A DNA stretch of 36,772 nt, taken from Octopus bimaculoides. Taxonomy: Eukaryota. Shown one piece after another: positions 32,641 through 36,772 of the stretch. Location: positions 5,773,875-5,810,646 of the forward strand of contig NC_068987.1 in NCBI RefSeq assembly GCF_001194135.2, read 5' to 3'. The translations under genes were made by a program, and so were the position numbers. Each line of letters begins with the position of its first letter. Within the stretch, counting starts at the first letter, position 1. Below the pieces are notes generated by a model. It was not told where the DNA came from. It saw nothing but the letters and a program-made list of their open reading frames with translations, and did not search any database.

Positions 32641-34178
32641 AATGTTCTCAGAAATATTCAGACAACCATGTTTGCGCACGTCACTCGTTGTTGTAAATAG
32701 CTGTTGTACGAGTATCTAGTTAATGGAGGAAATGCTACGATGGAAAATTTATGTAACGGAGTTATTGGAATTTGTGGTCGCCATCGCTGCTGGAAATTTA
32801 AACAAAGATCCAATCCAGTAACACAGTAAAAAGTGTTATGTACGAGGAAAGAGCAATTCTCAATAAATTAGATCAATGTTAAACAAACGAAAATACACTC
32901 TAACCTTGACAGTGTGCAAAGAATTCGGTCGTGAATTATGACTTTGCGATAGAATATGCTCTGACGAATATTGTAGATTACAATGCGTCAATGGGTGGAA
33001 TAAGTTCCCAAGATCAGATTGTTGACAACTGTTATATAGTATTCTGAATAACGTGCTGAAATAAGATTCTACTTCATTTGATTGGTGAATATTGGACAAA
33101 CTCGTACATTTTATACAAAGTGAATCCAAATGTTCAAATAAAGATATTTATTTATCACCAGTTTTTGATCGAAATTACTAAGAGATTTATTCAAGGTTAC
33201 CAAGTATTTTCGCCTGGGTAACAAGTGAGCAAAAAAAAGAGTGAATTAGATTTGACACTGGAGACCGAAATTAGATTAAGTGAATGAAAGATGTGGAATT
33301 GTAAATTGGAGCTATAAATATTCCGTATAATTTGGAATGTATGTAAGATTACATTAACGATTGTGTCCCTTAACATTTAGGAAAGCATTATGCTATTTCA
33401 GATTCTAGCAGGTTGAGCAATTGTTCAGAAAACCCTTCGCTGACTCACGAGGAGATGAAATACGTTTGTGTGTTGTAACTAGATATATCTCTTCTCTTTC
33501 CCGCATGATTCAGGAAACACATTACTGTTTAGTATCAAGCTCTCTCGTTTTTCCAATGTTAAAATTAATGACACGTTAACACATACAACTACAATCGCAT
33601 ACATACACATCCATCTTTTGCATGATGTATATTTACGAATCATGTTACTCTTACATTTGGACGTGTATCCACGTCATGAAAATCAACGCAGAAATAACTA
33701 CCACGTGACCACACACACATTACTTTTCGTGTACAAACTTTTAGGTTCAATTCTGCAAACGTTAGCGTCTTTCAATAAATATAAATTTTATATTCTCATG
33801 CATGCAGCGGTTCGTCACGTGAAAGGTTATCGGACAACCTGACAAGCTTTCGAGCAGAAAAGCACATTAAGAAAACAAGTAAAACAGCAAAACGCGCGTT
33901 TCTCCTTCTCTCTCTTCGTCTCTGATGCTTCCCCGATTTCTATCTTTTATTCTGCATTAAGTTTGCAGATACCCTGGTTTTGATAAGATGTTCACCACCC
34001 AAGAAATAAATATATTCATATTTGTTTCTACCACATTCACATGATGTCTTAAACATATATATACACACATACACGCATATATACATACATGCTTACATAT
34101 ATACATACACAAGTATGTACACACATACAAGCATACATGTCTATATTGGATACATATTTATATATAAAGATACAAATG

Positions 34179-34233
<55 letters not shown>

Positions 34234-35248
34234 ATATATATAAATGAAGTATAAGGAAAGGAAAATTTCTAAGTATAGACGAACTTTAATTAATGATCCA
34301 AGTTGGTACAGATTTCTATCTTTTATTCTGCATTATATACAATGCTTACTTGGATTGTAACGGTGGACTTGGATGTTTGACATCCTTTTGAAGGATTTCG
34401 GGCCTCATCTCACCTCTTTCATATATATATANNNNNNNNNNNNNNNNNNNNNNNNNNNNNNNNNNNNNNNNNNNNNNNNNNNNNNNNNNNNNNNNNNNNN
34501 NNNNNNNNNNNNNNNNNNNNNNNNNNNNNNNNNNNNNNNNNNNNNNNNNNNNNNNNNNNNNNNNNNNNNNNNNNNNNNNNNNNNNNNNNNNNNNNNNNNN
34601 NNNNNNNNNNNNNNNNNNNNNNNNNNNNNNNNNNNNNNNNNNNNNNNNNNNNNNNNNNNNNNNNNNNNNNNNNNNNNNNNNNNNNNNNNNNNNNNNNNNN
34701 NNNNNNNNNNNNNNNNNNNNNNNNNNNNNNNNNNNNNNNNNNNNNNNNNNNNNNNNNNNNNNNNNNNNNNNNNNNNNNNNNNNNNNNNNNNNNNNNNNNN
34801 NNNNNNNNNNNNNNNNNNNNNNNNNNNNNNNNNNNNNNNNNNNNNNNNNNNNNNNNNNNNNNNNNNNNNNNNNNNNNNNNNNNNNNNNNNNNNNNNNNNN
34901 NNNNNNNNNNNNNNNNNNNNNNNNNNNNNNNNNNNNNNNNNNNNNNNNNNNNNNNNNNNNNNNNNNNNNNNNNNNNNNNNNNNNNNNNNNNNNNNNNNNN
35001 NNNNNNNNNNNNNNNNNNNNNNNNNNNNNNNNNNNNNNNNNNNNNNNNNNNNNNNNNNNNNNNNNNNNNNNNNNNNNNNNNNNNATACATATATATATAT
35101 ATATATGCATACGCAACTGCGAGCATAGTGGTATGTGTATGCATGCTGTTGCTTGTCGCTCATTTTCCTTGTTCGTTACTGTTTCTACAATTCGACCCCC
35201 GCCTATTTTGAGATTCTTTATTTGCCAACTTTACCTTGCCATGCCAAA

Positions 35249-35377
35249 CTAATCAATCGATTTTACTCCCTTTTCATCGTGGCGTGCAGTTATTGAAATC
35301 TGTATTGATCTGACGTCACAGGATATTGTTGAAGTAAAAGCTCTTTGGCTTTGACTCACACAAATTTTAACGAGTTA
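35249..35377 (+). repeat. Diverged ~130-bp direct repeat (partner 36418-36555)
   Basis: tattgaaatctgtattgatctgacgtcacaggatattgttgaagtaaaagctcttt versus tattgacatctgcatcgatctgacgtcagaggaagttgcagaagcaaaaacacttt. Confidence 0.75.
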
Positions 35378-35389
35378 TACGTTCCTCAC

Positions 35390-35654
35390 TTTGCATGTTT
35401 GTGTGTGTGTATGTGTCTGTGAGCGTGTGTGTGTGTGTATGTGTGAATGTTTGCGTGTGTGTATGGAGGTGCATACATACATGTATTTATGTATTTTCGT
35501 ATTAAGTTTGTATGTGTGTATATATGTGCGTATATATGTATGTATGCGTTTATGTATGTATACGTTCGTGCATGTATATTTGTATGTATCTTTTTATGTA
35601 TGTATATATGTATGTATATATGTATGCATGCGTGTATGCATGTATGTATGCATG

Positions 35655-35713
<59 letters not shown>

Positions 35714-35920
35714 CTATCTATCTATATGTATATCCATCTAAATGTGTCTGAGTGTGTATTTGTGTTGTGTGGATAAACATGTTTGTGTATATTTGTGTAC
35801 ACATGTACACATGCTCACATACACATATATATATATATACAAAGGCTAATATATATATATATATATATATATAGCGCATTGAACTATCTATCTATCTATC
35901 TATCTGTCTGTCTGTATGTA

Positions 35921-35973
<53 letters not shown>

Positions 35974-35998
35974 ATCTCTCTGACGGACTGTCTGTTTG

Positions 35999-36049
<51 letters not shown>

Positions 36050-36131
36050 TCTATCTAAATATCTATATCTATATCTATATCTATGTATATATTTATACAT
36101 GCATACACACACTACACACACTACACTAACT

Positions 36132-36166
<35 letters not shown>

Positions 36167-36184
36167 TATACACAAACATATACA

Positions 36185-36238
<54 letters not shown>

Positions 36239-36250
36239 CATATATACGCA
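35390..36250. repeat. Long compound microsatellite block (TG, TATG, CT, TA, CTAT, CTGT, CA)
   Basis: Directly visible. Confidence 0.9.
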
Positions 36251-36417
36251 CGCAGATATATGCCTATTAATATCTCCGCTCCATTACATGGCGCAGTGGT
36301 ACCAAAAAGACAATGACTATGATGCGACTACTATGTCATCAACTTCCTTGTCTTTACGTTTTCAGCAATATTTGTATTTGAACGTTTCACCCTTCGATTG
36401 TTAAACAGCTGTGATTG

Positions 36418-36555
36418 CTAAAGCAACCGACCTATTTTCACAGCTATTCAACGTTCTCTACTGATATTGACATCTGCATCGATCTGACGTCAGAGGAAGT
36501 TGCAGAAGCAAAAACACTTTGACATAAAAATCTTCGAAAATTTTTGACCGAGTTA
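36418..36555 (+). repeat. Diverged ~130-bp direct repeat (partner 35249-35377)
   Basis: See partner. Both copies are followed by (TG)-rich arrays. Confidence 0.75.
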
Positions 36556-36736
36556 AGATGTTTACGTGTGTGTGTGTGTGTGTGTGTGTGTTTGTTTGTG
36601 TGTGTTTGTTTGTGTGTGTGTGTGTGTATGCATGGAAACACCAGAAACTACAATATTAGCGTGTGCACATAAAAACACACAGACATACGCATGTAGATAG
36701 ATATATTTTATATACATAAATACATACATACATACA

Positions 36737-36772
<36 letters not shown>

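Larger units (their letters stand above)
8990..35084. other. Eight assembly gaps (N): 8990-9407, 9963-10585, 13315-13400, 14212-14429, 19171-19347, 20637-21142, 24242-24251, 34432-35084
   Basis: N runs in the sequence, mostly abutting microsatellites. The span given only brackets them. Confidence 0.99.

Noticed and set aside
8443-32970. Other CUGANGA cores (8443-, 9801+, 10763+, 22523+, 31628+, 32490-, 32962+)
   Set aside because: No matching GAAA, NUH and stem set in either canonical or permuted order.
8842-35163. Long ORFs spanning N-gaps or dinucleotide/tetranucleotide repeats (YI, VC, TH, MYVC runs)
   Set aside because: Artefacts of gaps and microsatellites.
12146-36492. Four TGACGTCA (CRE) sites at 12146, 19729, 35311, 36485
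   Set aside because: Two belong to one duplication and one lies in a repeat, and there is no linked promoter, so enrichment is not meaningful.
1-36772. CRISPR arrays, rRNA, true tRNA genes, operon-like systems
   Set aside because: None seen. The tRNA-like segments are SINE heads and the repeats lack repeat-spacer structure.

Overview
Repeat-dominated, AT-rich animal genomic DNA with eight N-gaps (about 2.7 kb), most of them beside microsatellites. The SINE families and microsatellite load suggest an octopus genome; this is inference from repeat content. No host protein-coding gene can be established. The supplied ORFs are microsatellite or N artefacts, antisense shadows of retroelements, or decayed transposon frames. 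Supported content: (i) about 25 copies or fragments of three tRNA-derived SINE families, several with target-site duplications (TSDs), including a nested insertion and a TSD-bounded dimer; (ii) decayed coding remnants of Helitron RepHel (two loci), a HERO-like and an R4/Dong-like reverse transcriptase, and an R4/Dong-like 3' end with a (TACA)n tail; (iii) seven hammerhead-ribozyme (HHR)-like motifs in short non-coding repeats of about five unrelated sequence families. Four are type I HHRs with palindromic, dimer-type stem III; one of these has a compensatory U3-A8 core pair and one is degenerate. Three have a non-circularly permuted (pseudoknotted) strand order with conserved spacing but different stem sequences. 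This rearranged HHR family (best copy 19570-19634, +) is the main signal. All ribozyme calls rest on manual base-pairing, not on activity data or database searches.
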